The notes below the pieces were generated by a model. It made no database searches, was not told the DNA's origin, and saw only the letters and a program-made list of their open reading frames with translations. A stretch of 64,000 nucleotides of DNA, from NCBI GenBank assembly GCA_965203905.1, contig CBDBDQ010000005.1, positions 6,432,001 through 6,496,000 on the forward strand, read 5' to 3'. Source of the stretch: Spirochaetia bacterium (GTDB lineage Bacteria > Spirochaetota > Spirochaetia > SZUA-6 > Bin103). Shown in pieces: positions 22,222-32,643 of this stretch (positions within the stretch are counted from its first letter, which is position 1; every line of letters starts with the position of its first letter). The position numbers were made by a program, and so were the translations under genes.

Positions 22222-23898
22222 TTACTTCTCGACCAGCCACGAGCGCAGCGTTCGCGCAGCATCCGCAGGCCGCTCGCGTGCCAGCCTGGCCGCGTTCTGT
22301 TGCATCTGCGCCTTGCTTCGCAAATTGGGGGGTGAAGCCGCCCAGCCGCCGCGGGCGGCGGCGCTCAACCGTGCGGGATGCATGCCGGAGCGCTGCGCGG
22401 CGTGCGACCGCCGGTGCCGCGCCCACAACCAGGAACCGAACGCCGTCAACAACAGCGCCGCCGCCCCGGCAACCGCCAGCGGCAGCATCCGCAACAGCTC
22501 CGCCTCGCGCCGCAGCACGGCGTCCTCCTGCTGGAACTGCCGCATGCGGTCGAACTGCAGGTGCTCGACGGTAACCGAGTCGCCACGCTGCGGGTCCCAG
22601 CCGATGGCGTCCTGGATCAGCAGCGTAGCCTTGCGCAAATCGTCCTCGGAAACCGGCGTGTACTCGCGCTGCACGCTGCCGTCGGCATGCAGCTGGATCT
22701 GGCCGTCGGGCCGGAACGTGGTCCGCCACACGCCATCGAGTGCGACACTTACGGTGATCCGGTTGATCGCCCATGGGCTCTTCTCCGTAACCGTGTTGCG
22801 GCGGTTGACCACCTCGTTGCGGGACACCGAGCTGCGCTGGTACGCGCCCGCGCCGGGACCACTGCCGGCACCGGCCGCCACCGGCGCAGACTCCTGAGCG
22901 GTCACCGGCCGCGTCTCCTCCTCGCGTTGTTCCGAAATCGTAATGGAGGGGACCTTGACCGACTCGTCGCTCTCCGTGTGCGGATTGTCGGCCCGCATGG
23001 CGATTGGAAAGTGCTCTTCGGTCTGGGTGGTTTCGGCCGACAGATCGAGATCGATGTCGAGCCGTACGATCTGCACTCGATCGAGCGTGAAGATCTTGCC
23101 CAGAGCGGTAAGGATCTCTCGCTTGTAGCGTTGCTCCAGGTCGAACTTGGTATTGAGCTGGCGCTCCACCAGAGCCGCGCGGCCCTGTCCGGCAAGGTCT
23201 CCGACGTCATTCACCTGGACCCCGCGGGGATCCAGGATCACGATGTTTTCCGCCCGCAGGCCGGCGACGGCAAACTGCACCAGGCGCTGGATGCCGGCGA
23301 CCTTCTTACGATCCTCGAGGATATCGGAGCCCAGTCGCGGGGTGATGATGATCGACGCCGTAGTCGGGTTCTGATCCTCCGCGAACAGCTCGGTCTCGGG
23401 CACCACCAGGGTGACGTTGGCGGCCACGACGTCGTCCAGGGCGGTAATGTGCTGCTCCAGGTTGCGGGTCAGGGCGCGCTGCAGGTTGACGTTGCGCTCG
23501 AAGTCCGTCATCGAGAAACGGTCCACCTCGAAGACGGAAAAGGGATCGGTATGCGGCGGCATCAGGTCCTCACGAATCAGGATTGCGCGCAGCCGCCGCG
23601 CGTTCTCCTGATCGGCCACCAGGATGCGGTTGTCGGAGGCGATCTGGTATTCGGCGCTCTCCTGATCAAGCCGTGCCGCGATCCGCAGGAGGTCCTGCTG
23701 ATCGCCGATTGGGGCACCGATAAGGGCAACCATGTGCCTGCCGGCGGCGATGGGCCCATCGCCGCGAGAGGCGCCGAGCAGTGTCAATGCGATGATCGAA
23801 GTGACGACCAGCGCGCTCAGCGACAGTTTCTGAAGCTGACTCCAACGACCCCAGAGGCCGGCCGCCCGCTGCCTCAGGCGTGCCAGGAGTTCGTTCAT
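22222..23898 (-). CDS. fliF: Flagellar MS-ring protein FliF
   Basis: TDFERNVNLQRAL, ANVTLVVPETELF, TTASIIITP, IQDAIGWDPQRGDSVTV, C-terminal ARERPADAARTLRSWL. ATG 23898 with GGGAGG RBS. Confidence 0.94.
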   Translation of the reverse strand: MNELLARLRQRAAGLWGRWSQLQKLSLSALVVTSIIALTLLGASRGDGPIAAGRHMVALIGAPIGDQQDLLRIAARLDQESAEYQIASDNRILVADQENARRLRAILIREDLMPPHTDPFSVFEVDRFSMTDFERNVNLQRALTRNLEQHITALDDVVAANVTLVVPETELFAEDQNPTTASIIITPRLGSDILEDRKKVAGIQRLVQFAVAGLRAENIVILDPRGVQVNDVGDLAGQGRAALVERQLNTKFDLEQRYKREILTALGKIFTLDRVQIVRLDIDLDLSAETTQTEEHFPIAMRADNPHTESDESVKVPSITISEQREEETRPVTAQESAPVAAGAGSGPGAGAYQRSSVSRNEVVNRRNTVTEKSPWAINRITVSVALDGVWRTTFRPDGQIQLHADGSVQREYTPVSEDDLRKATLLIQDAIGWDPQRGDSVTVEHLQFDRMRQFQQEDAVLRREAELLRMLPLAVAGAAALLLTAFGSWLWARHRRSHAAQRSGMHPARLSAAARGGWAASPPNLRSKAQMQQNAARLARERPADAARTLRSWLVEK

Positions 23899-23980
23899 GT
23901 TCCCCCTCCCAAGCTGCACGACGGCGCCGCGAGACCCGGCGGGTAACCGGCTCCCGTTGCGCCTGATTCGCGCATCGTCT

Positions 23981-24010
23981 GTTATGTCCGTGGAGGTCGC
24001 TCTTTGTCAA
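23981..24010 (-). promoter_or_regulatory. Candidate sigma70 promoter upstream of fliF
   Basis: Minus strand perfect TTGACA, N18, then CATAAC; an AT-rich UP-like tract lies at 24021-24032. Confidence 0.55.
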
Positions 24011-24144
24011 CACGCAACGGAAAAAAATAATTGGACCCTGTGTCGCATTTGCCGAAATCCCGGGCCCTTGTCGTGATCTCCATGCGGGCGCGGTGGACGA
24101 CCTCCTGCCGCCACCGCGACGGCGCCCCGGTACGACCGCGGATG

Positions 24145-25539
24145 CTACAGGATGTAGCGGGTAAGGTCGCGGTCTTCGATGATCTTGGTGAGCCGCTCGT
24201 TCACGTAGTCGGGAGTGATGGTGACGCTCTGTCCCTGCAAATCCGGTGCGCTGAAGGAGAGCTCCTCCAACAGCAGCTCCATGATCGTGTGCAGGCGTCG
24301 GGCGCCGATATTCTCGGTGCTGCGATTCACCTCGGAGGCCAGCTCCGAGATCCGGTCAACTGCAGCCTCGGTGAACTTCAGCGTTACCTCCTCCGTGGCC
24401 AACAGCGCCGTGTACTGGGTGATCAATGCATTCCGCGGCTGCGTCAGGATGCGCTTGAAGTCGTCGCTTCCCAGGGCCGCGAGCTCCACTCGGATCGGGA
24501 AGCGCCCCTGCAGCTCGGGGATCAGATCCGCGGGCTTGCTCATGTGAAAGGCACCCGCGGCGATGAACAGGATGTGGGCCGTGTCGACGGTGCCCCACTT
24601 GGTGGTAACGGTGCTCCCCTCCACGATTGGCAGGATGTCGCGCTGCACCCCCTCGCGCGACACGTCGGCGCCGCCACGGCTGTCCTTCGCCGCTACCTTG
24701 TCGATCTCGTCGAGGAATATGATGCCCATCTGTTCGACCCGCTCGATGGCCAGTTCCGAAACCCGGTCCTTGTCCACCAGGCGATCGATCTCGTCCGCCA
24801 TCAACACCTGCCGCGCGCGCCGCACCGGCACCTTCTTCTTCTTCTTGCGACCGCCGAACAGGTTGCCGAGGTTGCCCAGGTTGATATCCATCTCCTCGAA
24901 GCTCTGTCCCGAGAAGATCTCGATCGCCGGACCGCTGCTGTCGGACACGTTCACCTCCACCAGCTTGTCATCGAGCTGTCCCGCGCGCAGCCGCTCGCGA
25001 AACTTGGTCACGGTCCCGGTCTCCGGCGCGATCGCCGCCGATTCGGCTCGCTTCACCACGGACGCCTCGGGCGCCGGTGGCGCCGGCGGCGGCTTCGGTT
25101 TTGGCTGGCGCAGGCCCGGCAGCAGCAACTCGAGCAGCTGTTCTTCGACGCGGGTCTCGGCCTCCTCCTGCACCCCGGCCTGCAACTCCCCCTTGACCAT
25201 GGAGATGGCCACCGAGGTCAGGTCCCGCACCATGGACTCGACGTCACGACCCACATAGCCCACCTCGGTGTACTTGGTGGCCTCCACCTTGACGAAGGGA
25301 GCCCGGCACAGTTTCGCCAAGCGGCGCGCGATCTCGGTCTTGCCCACCCCCGTGGGGCCGATCAGAATGATGTTCTTCGGCGCTACCTCGTCGCGCAGAT
25401 CGGGCGGCAGCTTGCGCCGCCGCAGGCGATTGCGCAGCGCAATCGCGACCGCTTTCTTGGCCTTCTCCTGCCCGACGATGTAGCGATCCAGTTCCTGCAC
25501 GATCTCCTTGGGACTGAGCTGGTCCAGATCGACGCTCAT
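24145..25539 (-). CDS. hslU: ATP-dependent protease ATPase subunit HslU
   Basis: [57 protein letters not shown]. Confidence 0.98.
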   Translation of the reverse strand: MSVDLDQLSPKEIVQELDRYIVGQEKAKKAVAIALRNRLRRRKLPPDLRDEVAPKNIILIGPTGVGKTEIARRLAKLCRAPFVKVEATKYTEVGYVGRDVESMVRDLTSVAISMVKGELQAGVQEEAETRVEEQLLELLLPGLRQPKPKPPPAPPAPEASVVKRAESAAIAPETGTVTKFRERLRAGQLDDKLVEVNVSDSSGPAIEIFSGQSFEEMDINLGNLGNLFGGRKKKKKVPVRRARQVLMADEIDRLVDKDRVSELAIERVEQMGIIFLDEIDKVAAKDSRGGADVSREGVQRDILPIVEGSTVTTKWGTVDTAHILFIAAGAFHMSKPADLIPELQGRFPIRVELAALGSDDFKRILTQPRNALITQYTALLATEEVTLKFTEAAVDRISELASEVNRSTENIGARRLHTIMELLLEELSFSAPDLQGQSVTITPDYVNERLTKIIEDRDLTRYIL

Positions 25540-26075
25540 GACAGCTCCTCGACGACGATTTCCGAATTGGTATAGACGCAGATGTCGGCGGCGATCCGCA
25601 TCGAGCGCATCGCGATGTCGCGCGCGCTCAGTGCGGAACTCTCCAGATACGCACGCGCCGCGGCCAATGCGTAGTTGCCCCCGGAGCCGATGGCAATGAC
25701 CCCGTGGTCCGGCTCCAGCACATCACCGTTGCCGGAGATGAGCAAGGTCTGGCGCCGGTCCGCTGCCAGCAGCAGCGCCTCCAGCCGGCGCAGAATGCGG
25801 TCCGAACGCCAATCGCGAGCCAGCTCCACGCAGGCGCGGGTCAGGTCACCGCCGTATTCCTTGACCTTGCCCTCGAAGCGGTCGAACAGGGTGAACGCGT
25901 CGGCCGTACCGCCGGCGAAGCCGACGAGGATGGAGCCGTCGGCAACGGTGCGTACCTTGCGGGCGCTGCCCTTCAATATGGTGGCATCCAGGGTCACCTG
26001 GCCATCACCGGCCATTGCCACCGCCGCGTCGCGGCGAACGGCTACGATAGTGGTTCCGTGCATGCTGCTGTTCAT
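25536..26075 (-). CDS. hslV: ATP-dependent protease peptidase subunit HslV
   Basis: HGTTIVAV (catalytic Thr), [34 protein letters not shown]. Confidence 0.97.
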   Translation of the reverse strand: MNSSMHGTTIVAVRRDAAVAMAGDGQVTLDATILKGSARKVRTVADGSILVGFAGGTADAFTLFDRFEGKVKEYGGDLTRACVELARDWRSDRILRRLEALLLAADRRQTLLISGNGDVLEPDHGVIAIGSGGNYALAAARAYLESSALSARDIAMRSMRIAADICVYTNSEIVVEELS

Positions 26076-27091
26076 GGCTGATCCTCGTTGCGCGGCGGCG
26101 GCGATTCGTGCGGCTGCGGCGCGCCTTCCCCGCCGGCACGCGGATGGGCCGCACGATGCACCTGCTGCAGTCGCGCCAGGCTGGTGTGGGTGTACACCTG
26201 GGTGGTGGCAATGCTGGCGTGACCGAGGAGCTCCTGCACCACCCTTACGTTGGCACCTCCGTCCAGCAGGTGGGTGGCAAAGGAGTGCCGCAGGCTGTGC
26301 GGGGTTACCCGCTTGTCGATGCCGGCCGCGGCGGCGGCCGCGGTGACGATGGCGCGCGCGCTGCGGTCGCCGAGGCGGCCACCGCGCCGGTTGTGGAACA
26401 GAGCGTACGCCGAGACGCGTGCACCCTCCGCGGGGGTCGCGCTCCACTCCCCCAGCTGCGCCGCGCGCCGCGGGAGGAACTCCCGCAGGAGAGAGCTGCA
26501 TACGCCGCCAAAAAACACCACCCGCTCCTTGCTGCCCTTTCCCATGACCCGGGCCCGGCCGCGCTCCGGCTCCACGTCGCCGATGTCGAGGCCCACCGCC
26601 TCCGAGATGCGGCACCCGCTGCCGTACAGAAACTCCAGCAGCACGCGGTCGCGCAGGGCCCAGAAATCGATGCCGTCCGCGGGCGCCGCGCCGTCGGCAG
26701 CGCCCAGCAACTGCTCCGCCTCCAGGGTGAACAGGAACTCGGGGAGCCGCTTGCCGGTTTTCAGACCGCGCTGGGCCTGCGCGGGGTTGCCGCCGGGCAG
26801 GTCCGAGACCGTAGCCAGGAACCGATACAGGCCGCGCACCGCCGACACCGTGCGGTTGACGCTCGCCGCGCTGCGACCGGAACGCGTCAGCTCGCCGACG
26901 AAGGCGCGCACCTGGCGCGACGTAGCTTGCTCCGCGGCTACACCCACGCGGTCGAGAAAGGCGAGGTAGCGGCAGATGTCTCCCCGGTAAGCCCGCACCG
27001 TCTGCGGTGAGTAGCCGCGCACCGCCCGCAGGTAGCGCAGGTAAGCCGCAGCCCGGGCATCAGGGGGATGTGGTTCCTGCAAATCCTGCAA
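26072..27091 (-). CDS. xerC: Tyrosine recombinase XerC
   Basis: [52 protein letters not shown] start at 27091 or 27082. Confidence 0.9.
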   Translation of the reverse strand: MQDLQEPHPPDARAAAYLRYLRAVRGYSPQTVRAYRGDICRYLAFLDRVGVAAEQATSRQVRAFVGELTRSGRSAASVNRTVSAVRGLYRFLATVSDLPGGNPAQAQRGLKTGKRLPEFLFTLEAEQLLGAADGAAPADGIDFWALRDRVLLEFLYGSGCRISEAVGLDIGDVEPERGRARVMGKGSKERVVFFGGVCSSLLREFLPRRAAQLGEWSATPAEGARVSAYALFHNRRGGRLGDRSARAIVTAAAAAAGIDKRVTPHSLRHSFATHLLDGGANVRVVQELLGHASIATTQVYTHTSLARLQQVHRAAHPRAGGEGAPQPHESPPPRNEDQP

Positions 27092-28211
27092 CCTCCGCTC
27101 GCCGGCACCCGGAATGGGCCCTGGGTTCGATCAACAACCGATGCTCCTCACCGTGACCCGATGCCACCCGGCGCTCCTGCTCCAGGGCGAACATGCGCGC
27201 CAGCCAGGCGCCGGTGGCGCGGTGGCGCGCCGGCGGCGTGGTGACCGGTCCAGCCGCCACCGGGTTGCGGCCGGTTCCCGGGGTGTGGCTGCCGCAGCCG
27301 TTCAGCAACCCGAACTCGTGCAGCAGCTCCTCCGCGTCGGCAACGGAGACCGCTCCACTCTCCGCCAGCTCGCGGCTGCCGGCGCCGCGCGGGCCGCCAA
27401 GCGCAGCAGCCGCCACCGCTACCTCGCGTCCCTCGTCGGCCGCGCAACACGCGGTGATCAGCGCCCCCGATCGGGCCGGAGCCTCCACCACCAGCACGCC
27501 GCGACTGAGCCCCGCGATGATGCGGTTGCGCAGGGGGAAGTGATGCGCAAACGGAGCGGTGCCGGGTGGAAACTCGCTCACCAGCCAGCCCCGGCGCAAC
27601 ACTTCCCGCGCCACCGGGCGACTGCTGTAGGGATAGATGCGATCGACCCCGCAGCCGAGCACGGCAACGGTGGCGCAGCCGTCTCCGCGCCATCCTGCCA
27701 GGCTGCCGCGGTGTGTCTCCAGGTCGATCCCGCGCGCCAGGCCCGAGACCGTGGGCACGCCCGTCAGTGCCAACTCCAAACCAAACCTGAATGCCGCACC
27801 GCGCCCGGCTCCCGTGGGTTGCCGCGTGCCCACCACCGCAACCGGCGTCACCGAGGCCGGTAGTGGTCGCGCACCGCGCCAGAACAGCACGCCGGGCGGA
27901 TCGTGAATCTCTCTCAGGATCCACGGATAGTCCGGCTCCCACAGAAAGGTGCATCCCCGTCGGCCCCCGGTCAAGCGATCCTGGTCCGCCCTTGCCCGCT
28001 CCAGCCACTCGGCCGGCGGCGGCAGCCGCCGGCGCAGACCCAGCCGGCGCCGCAGCAGCAGCGCGAGTTGGACTATGGAGTAGCCCGCGAATTCCGCCAG
28101 TCGACAGCGCCCCAGGATCTGGCACCGTTCTTGCGGCTTGAGGAACGACATGCGAGCCAGCGCCAAGGCGAGGAGCTGGCGCGCGCCGAGGTCCGGCTCC
28201 GCCCACGTCAC
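27060..28211 (-). CDS. dprA: DNA-processing protein DprA (Smf)
   Basis: AVVGTR, VSGLARGID, AVLGCGVD, FPLRNRIIAGLS, SGALITA. Confidence 0.92.
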   Translation of the reverse strand: MTWAEPDLGARQLLALALARMSFLKPQERCQILGRCRLAEFAGYSIVQLALLLRRRLGLRRRLPPPAEWLERARADQDRLTGGRRGCTFLWEPDYPWILREIHDPPGVLFWRGARPLPASVTPVAVVGTRQPTGAGRGAAFRFGLELALTGVPTVSGLARGIDLETHRGSLAGWRGDGCATVAVLGCGVDRIYPYSSRPVAREVLRRGWLVSEFPPGTAPFAHHFPLRNRIIAGLSRGVLVVEAPARSGALITACCAADEGREVAVAAAALGGPRGAGSRELAESGAVSVADAEELLHEFGLLNGCGSHTPGTGRNPVAAGPVTTPPARHRATGAWLARMFALEQERRVASGHGEEHRLLIEPRAHSGCRRAEVAGFAGTTSP

Positions 28212-28265
28212 GTTATACTCAACGGCGCCGCGACCGGCGTGCTTTCAAGCAGTGCAAAGCGGACG

Positions 28266-29204
28266 TCAGCCGCGCGGATGGAAGCGGCGATGCTGCTGTC
28301 TGAGGTCCTCCCGCTCCACGTGGGTGTAAATCTGGGTGGTGGTGATGTCGGCGTGGCCCAGCAGCTCCTGCACCGAGCGCAGGTCGGCGCCGCCCGCCAG
28401 CAGGTGGGTGGCGAAGGAGTGGCGCAGCGTGTGCACCTTGGCCTGCAGACCGGCGGCGAGACTGACGGCGTGAAATCGCTTCCAGATGCCCTTACGCGAG
28501 AGGCGCCCGCCCCGCTGATTGAGAAACACCGCGTCGGTGGCGGGAACCGCGGCCGTGGAGCTCCGGCGCAGCCGCGGCCGGGCCTCGCCGAGATAGCGAC
28601 CCAGCCAGGCGACCGCCGGTTCGCCCAGCGGTACGATGCGTTCCCGGGAGCCCTTGCCCAGGAGCCGTACGCAGGCCTGCTCCAGGTAGAGCCGGGACCG
28701 GTCCAGCGCTACCGCCTCGCTGACCCGCAGGCCGCTGGAGTACACCAGCTCGAACAGCGCGCGATCGCGGATGCCGGCCGGCGTGGTGACGTCGATGGCC
28801 GCCAGAAACCGCTCCACCTCCGCCACCGACAGCACCCGCGGAATGCGGCGCGGCGCCCGCGGCGGGGCCACGTCCGCGGCCGGGTTGGCCTGCTGCGGCG
28901 TTGCGCCGTGTGCTGCGCCGGCAGGCGCGACCTCCGCCTCGACGAAGCGGTACCAGGCCCGCAGCGCACTGATCGCCTTGGCCAGGGTGGGGCTGCCGGC
29001 TCCGTCCGCCTGCCGCGCCACCAGGTAGCCGACGACCGCACCGGCCGCCGCCGCCGGCGGCTCGTGGCCGGCGGACCGGCCGTGTTCCAGGAACCGGATG
29101 AAGCGACGCGCTTCTCCGGCGTAGGTGGCTATGGTCAGCTCGGACAGTCCCTCCACCGAGCGCAGGAAGTCCGCGAACTGGAGGGTGAGCTGCTCAGCCT
29201 GCAA
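28266..29204 (-). CDS. xerD: Tyrosine recombinase XerD
   Basis: [66 protein letters not shown]. Confidence 0.9.
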   Translation of the reverse strand: MQAEQLTLQFADFLRSVEGLSELTIATYAGEARRFIRFLEHGRSAGHEPPAAAAGAVVGYLVARQADGAGSPTLAKAISALRAWYRFVEAEVAPAGAAHGATPQQANPAADVAPPRAPRRIPRVLSVAEVERFLAAIDVTTPAGIRDRALFELVYSSGLRVSEAVALDRSRLYLEQACVRLLGKGSRERIVPLGEPAVAWLGRYLGEARPRLRRSSTAAVPATDAVFLNQRGGRLSRKGIWKRFHAVSLAAGLQAKVHTLRHSFATHLLAGGADLRSVQELLGHADITTTQIYTHVEREDLRQQHRRFHPRG

Positions 29205-29210
29205 GCAGCG

Positions 29211-30413
29211 TCAGGAGCTGGCGGCCTGGGTGTTGCGCCCGCTGCCTTCGCTCTGCTGGCGGCGCCGCAACACCGTGGGGACGCTCAGATCTTCCATCGA
29301 CTCGGCGGCCGCATTCTCGCCGCTCTTGAGCAAGCCCGGACTCTTGCCCAGCCCCTTGTTCAGGTTCACCCACTCGTCGTAGGAGATGATCTCGGCGCCG
29401 TTGTTCGACTGCTGCACCGCCGCCGAAGCCGCTTCCCGGTTGAACCCGGTGGCGATCACGGTGACCCGTATTTCATCGTTGAGAGAACCATTGGTGGCGG
29501 TGCCGGAGATGATCAGGGCGTCGTGGGATGCGTTGGCCGTGATGATCTTGAGCACTTCCTCGTACTCGGTGAGGCCCAGGTCGTCGTCGCCGGTGACATT
29601 CACCAGAATGCCCTGGGCGCCTTCGATGCGCGCGTCCTCCAGCAGCGGATTGTTGATGGCGTTGGTGGCGGCGTCCACGGCGCGGTTGTCGCCGCTGCCG
29701 ACGCCGATCCCCATCAGCGCGTCACCTTGCCCCTGCATGATCGTGCGCACGTCGGCGAAGTCGATGTTGATGTCGCCCGGGACGGTGATCAGATCGGAAA
29801 TGCCCTGCACGCCCTGCCGCAACACATCGTCGGCCAGCACGAACGCCTCCTTGATGGGCGTGCGGCGCTCGACGATCTTCAGCAGATGCTGATTGGGAAT
29901 CACGATCAGGGTGTCGACCTCCTTGCGCAGGCTGTCGATTCCCTCTTCCGCCAGGGTCATCTTGCGCCGTCCCTCGAACTCGAACGGCTTGGTGACCACG
30001 GCCACGGTGAGGATGTCGTGCTCGCGTGCCGTGCGCGCGATCACCGGCGCCGCCCCGGTGCCCGTGCCGCCGCCCAGTCCGGCGGTGATGAACACCATGT
30101 CGGCTCCTTGCAGTGCGGCTTCCAGTGCCGCCTGATCTTCCATCGCCGCCTTCTCTCCCACCTCGGGGATACCGCCGGCACCCAGCCCGGAGGTCAGCTT
30201 GCTGCCGATGGGCACCTTGGTCTCGGCCTGGCACAGCTCCAGGGCCTGCAGGTCGGTGTTGACGGCAATGAAGTGCACGTTGGTCAGACCCGACGCGATC
30301 ATCCTGTTGGTGGCGTTGTTGCCGCCGCCCCCTACCCCGATCACCTTTATGTCGGTGAGGCTCGACGGCATCTCCTCGTGTAGCTCGAACGTCATGATTC
30401 CCCTCTCATTCAT
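29211..30413 (-). CDS. ftsZ: Cell division protein FtsZ
   Basis: [15 protein letters not shown] tubulin signature, INIDFADV, C-terminal DLSVPTVLR. Confidence 0.98.
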   Translation of the reverse strand: MNERGIMTFELHEEMPSSLTDIKVIGVGGGGNNATNRMIASGLTNVHFIAVNTDLQALELCQAETKVPIGSKLTSGLGAGGIPEVGEKAAMEDQAALEAALQGADMVFITAGLGGGTGTGAAPVIARTAREHDILTVAVVTKPFEFEGRRKMTLAEEGIDSLRKEVDTLIVIPNQHLLKIVERRTPIKEAFVLADDVLRQGVQGISDLITVPGDINIDFADVRTIMQGQGDALMGIGVGSGDNRAVDAATNAINNPLLEDARIEGAQGILVNVTGDDDLGLTEYEEVLKIITANASHDALIISGTATNGSLNDEIRVTVIATGFNREAASAAVQQSNNGAEIISYDEWVNLNKGLGKSPGLLKSGENAAAESMEDLSVPTVLRRRQQSEGSGRNTQAASS

Positions 30414-30471
30414 TCAGTCGATGGTATTCGCACGCAGCCGCTCCGCGGCTACCCCTCGGCTTGCAGCGGAG

Positions 30472-31710
30472 TCAAAAAAACTCCCCAAACCACTTTCTCA
30501 TGCGGGCCCACACGCTGGTGAAACCCGCCTCGCTCGTGTTCATGTTGAGTTGTTCCACGCCCTGGCGCGAGGCGCCGTACTGCACCAGACCGACGCCGGT
30601 GGCGAAGATCGGGCTGTGGTACTCGGGCACCAGTCCCCCGAGCCGCGCCGGATAGCCGATCCGGGCCGGCAGGCCGAAGATCTCGCTCGCCAGTTCTGCA
30701 GTGCCCGGCATCAACGCGCCGCCGCCGGTCAGCACCACGCCGCCGCTGAGGCGAGCCAGGTAGCCGGCGGCTTCGATCTGGTTCTTGACGCTGCTGAGCA
30801 TCTCCGACATGCGGGGCTGGATGATCTCGGCCAGCTCGCGGCGGGTGACGATGTGAGGGGGGCGCCCGCCGACGCCGGGGATGCTGGTCTCGGCATCGGG
30901 TTCGTCCAGCGCCGGCAGGAAACAGCAGGCTGCCTCGCGCTTGATCTGCTCCGCCGCCTCGCTCGGGGTGCGCAGCATGATCGACAGGTCGCTGGTGACG
31001 TGGTCGCCCCCCAGGGCCAGCACCTCGGTGTGATACGGCACGCCCTCGTGGTATACCAGGACATCGGTGGTGCCGCCGCCGAGATCCACCAGCAACACGC
31101 CGAGTTCCTTTTCGTCGGTGGTCAGCACCGAGCGCGCGCCAGCGACCGGTTCCAGCACGATGTCGTTGACCTTGAAGCCGGCTCGGTTCACGCACCGGAT
31201 GATGTTCTGCGCCGACGAGACGGCGCCGGTAACGATGTGCACCTCGGCCTCCAGGCGCACGCCGATCATCCCCTGCGGGCTGCGGATCCCGCCCTGACCA
31301 TCGACGATGTACTCCTGCGGAATGACGTGCAGCACTTCGCGGTCCATGGGAATGACGATGGCACGGGCGGCGTCGATGACCCGATCGATGTCGTCCTTGT
31401 CTATCTCCCGCTTCTTTCCGGTAACGGCCACCACGCCGCGCGAGTTGACCCCCTCGATGTGACCGCCCGCGATACCCGCGTAGACGTTCTGCACCTCGCG
31501 GCCCGACATCATTTCCGCCTCTTCCATCGCCGAGGCGATCGCCTTCACGGTGGCGTCGATGTTGATCACCACCCCGCGCCGCAAGCCGCGCGACGGAGTG
31601 ATGCCGACACCGGTGATCTCCACGGTGCCCTGCTCTCCGATCTGGCCGATGATCACGCACACCTTGGTGGTGCCGATGTCAAGGCCGACGATCAGGTCTT
31701 CATTCGCCAT
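30472..31710 (-). CDS. ftsA: Cell division protein FtsA
   Basis: GLDIGTTKV, DLGGGTT, GVVLTGGGA. Confidence 0.97.
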   Translation of the reverse strand: MANEDLIVGLDIGTTKVCVIIGQIGEQGTVEITGVGITPSRGLRRGVVINIDATVKAIASAMEEAEMMSGREVQNVYAGIAGGHIEGVNSRGVVAVTGKKREIDKDDIDRVIDAARAIVIPMDREVLHVIPQEYIVDGQGGIRSPQGMIGVRLEAEVHIVTGAVSSAQNIIRCVNRAGFKVNDIVLEPVAGARSVLTTDEKELGVLLVDLGGGTTDVLVYHEGVPYHTEVLALGGDHVTSDLSIMLRTPSEAAEQIKREAACCFLPALDEPDAETSIPGVGGRPPHIVTRRELAEIIQPRMSEMLSSVKNQIEAAGYLARLSGGVVLTGGGALMPGTAELASEIFGLPARIGYPARLGGLVPEYHSPIFATGVGLVQYGASRQGVEQLNMNTSEAGFTSVWARMRKWFGEFF

Positions 31711-32620
31711 GCGAGACTCCCTGTGCCACGCGGGCGAAGCGTGGATCGTCGGATACCGCTATTGGCGTGCCGCTGCGCAGGTCCAGCTCGCCCACGGTGG
31801 GCGGCAGGTTGGCCGCGGCGCGCGACTGAATCAGGTCCAGCAGCACGAACGCCTCCGCCAGCTGATGAGCGGACAGCCGGGTCCCGAAGCGGAGCACCGT
31901 CTCGAATCCCAGCGGGTAGAGCAGCGTGTCGAAGCCGGACTGCACCGCTGCCAGGTCCAGCGGCGCGGCGGCTGCAGAGGCCCCCATCGGAACCAGGCGC
32001 ACCTCTGAAATCAGCGCCGCCAGCACCGGGTCGGCGGCCTGCAGCGTCTGCAGATCGGCCAGTACCCGATGCAGCGCTTCCGGCAGCGGCTCGGCGTGAC
32101 GCACCACCTCCGGTGCGAGACCGGTGAGCACCGGCACGTCCGCCGCGTCCTGGCTGCCCCACGGCGCGGCCCCGGACAGGAACACCAGGCCGGCGGAGTC
32201 CACCAGCGCCGCGCGCACCGCGTCTCCCGGCGCCGAGGTCAGGGCCACCGCGACCGGTTTGCGAGCCGTAAGGGTGAGCCGCAGGGTATCGGGAAAGCGC
32301 AGCGCGACGGTGGCTTCGCTCACCAGCAGGTGGCGCTCCAGCCGCGCGGCGATGGCCGCGGCGTCAAGCGAAAAGAACTGCTCGTTGCCGGTGAGACCGG
32401 CCATCGTCAGCACCTCGGCGTCGCTGAGCGCCAGGTCGGTGGTTACCGCAACGGTGGTCAGCCGCAGGCGCGGCACCAGCAGCAGGAAAAAGACCAGCTC
32501 CAGGACCACCATCAGCACCAGGGTGGCGATCACCAGATGCAGTACCCGGCGCAGCCGACCGCGGCCGCGGCGCCGGGTGCCGGCGCGCGCGTCGTCCCCG
32601 ACCTCACCCGACCCGGGCAT
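31700..32620 (-). CDS. ftsQ: Cell division protein FtsQ/DivIB
   Basis: Single TM, POTRA region (FPDTLRLTLTARKPVA), C-terminal LDLR; lies between ftsW and ftsA. Confidence 0.85.
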   Translation of the reverse strand: MPGSGEVGDDARAGTRRRGRGRLRRVLHLVIATLVLMVVLELVFFLLLVPRLRLTTVAVTTDLALSDAEVLTMAGLTGNEQFFSLDAAAIAARLERHLLVSEATVALRFPDTLRLTLTARKPVAVALTSAPGDAVRAALVDSAGLVFLSGAAPWGSQDAADVPVLTGLAPEVVRHAEPLPEALHRVLADLQTLQAADPVLAALISEVRLVPMGASAAAAPLDLAAVQSGFDTLLYPLGFETVLRFGTRLSAHQLAEAFVLLDLIQSRAAANLPPTVGELDLRSGTPIAVSDDPRFARVAQGVSHGE

Positions 32621-32643
32621 TACCGCCTGACCGGCGACGCTGC

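Noticed and set aside
24089-24118. Hairpin CGCGGTGG/CCACCGCG downstream of hslU as a terminator
   Set aside because: Long loop and no U-tract; such stems are common by chance at this GC content.
26072-29204. Two tyrosine recombinases as evidence of a prophage or integrative element
   Set aside because: They carry XerC/XerD signatures in the conserved ftsZ-dprA-hslV context, and no att sites or phage genes were seen.
27903-32127. Long plus-strand ORFs (826 aa, 642 aa), and similar ones opposite metG, hslU, flhF and the RND gene
   Set aside because: Antisense shadow frames typical of GC-rich coding DNA; the recognisable proteins are on the opposite strand.
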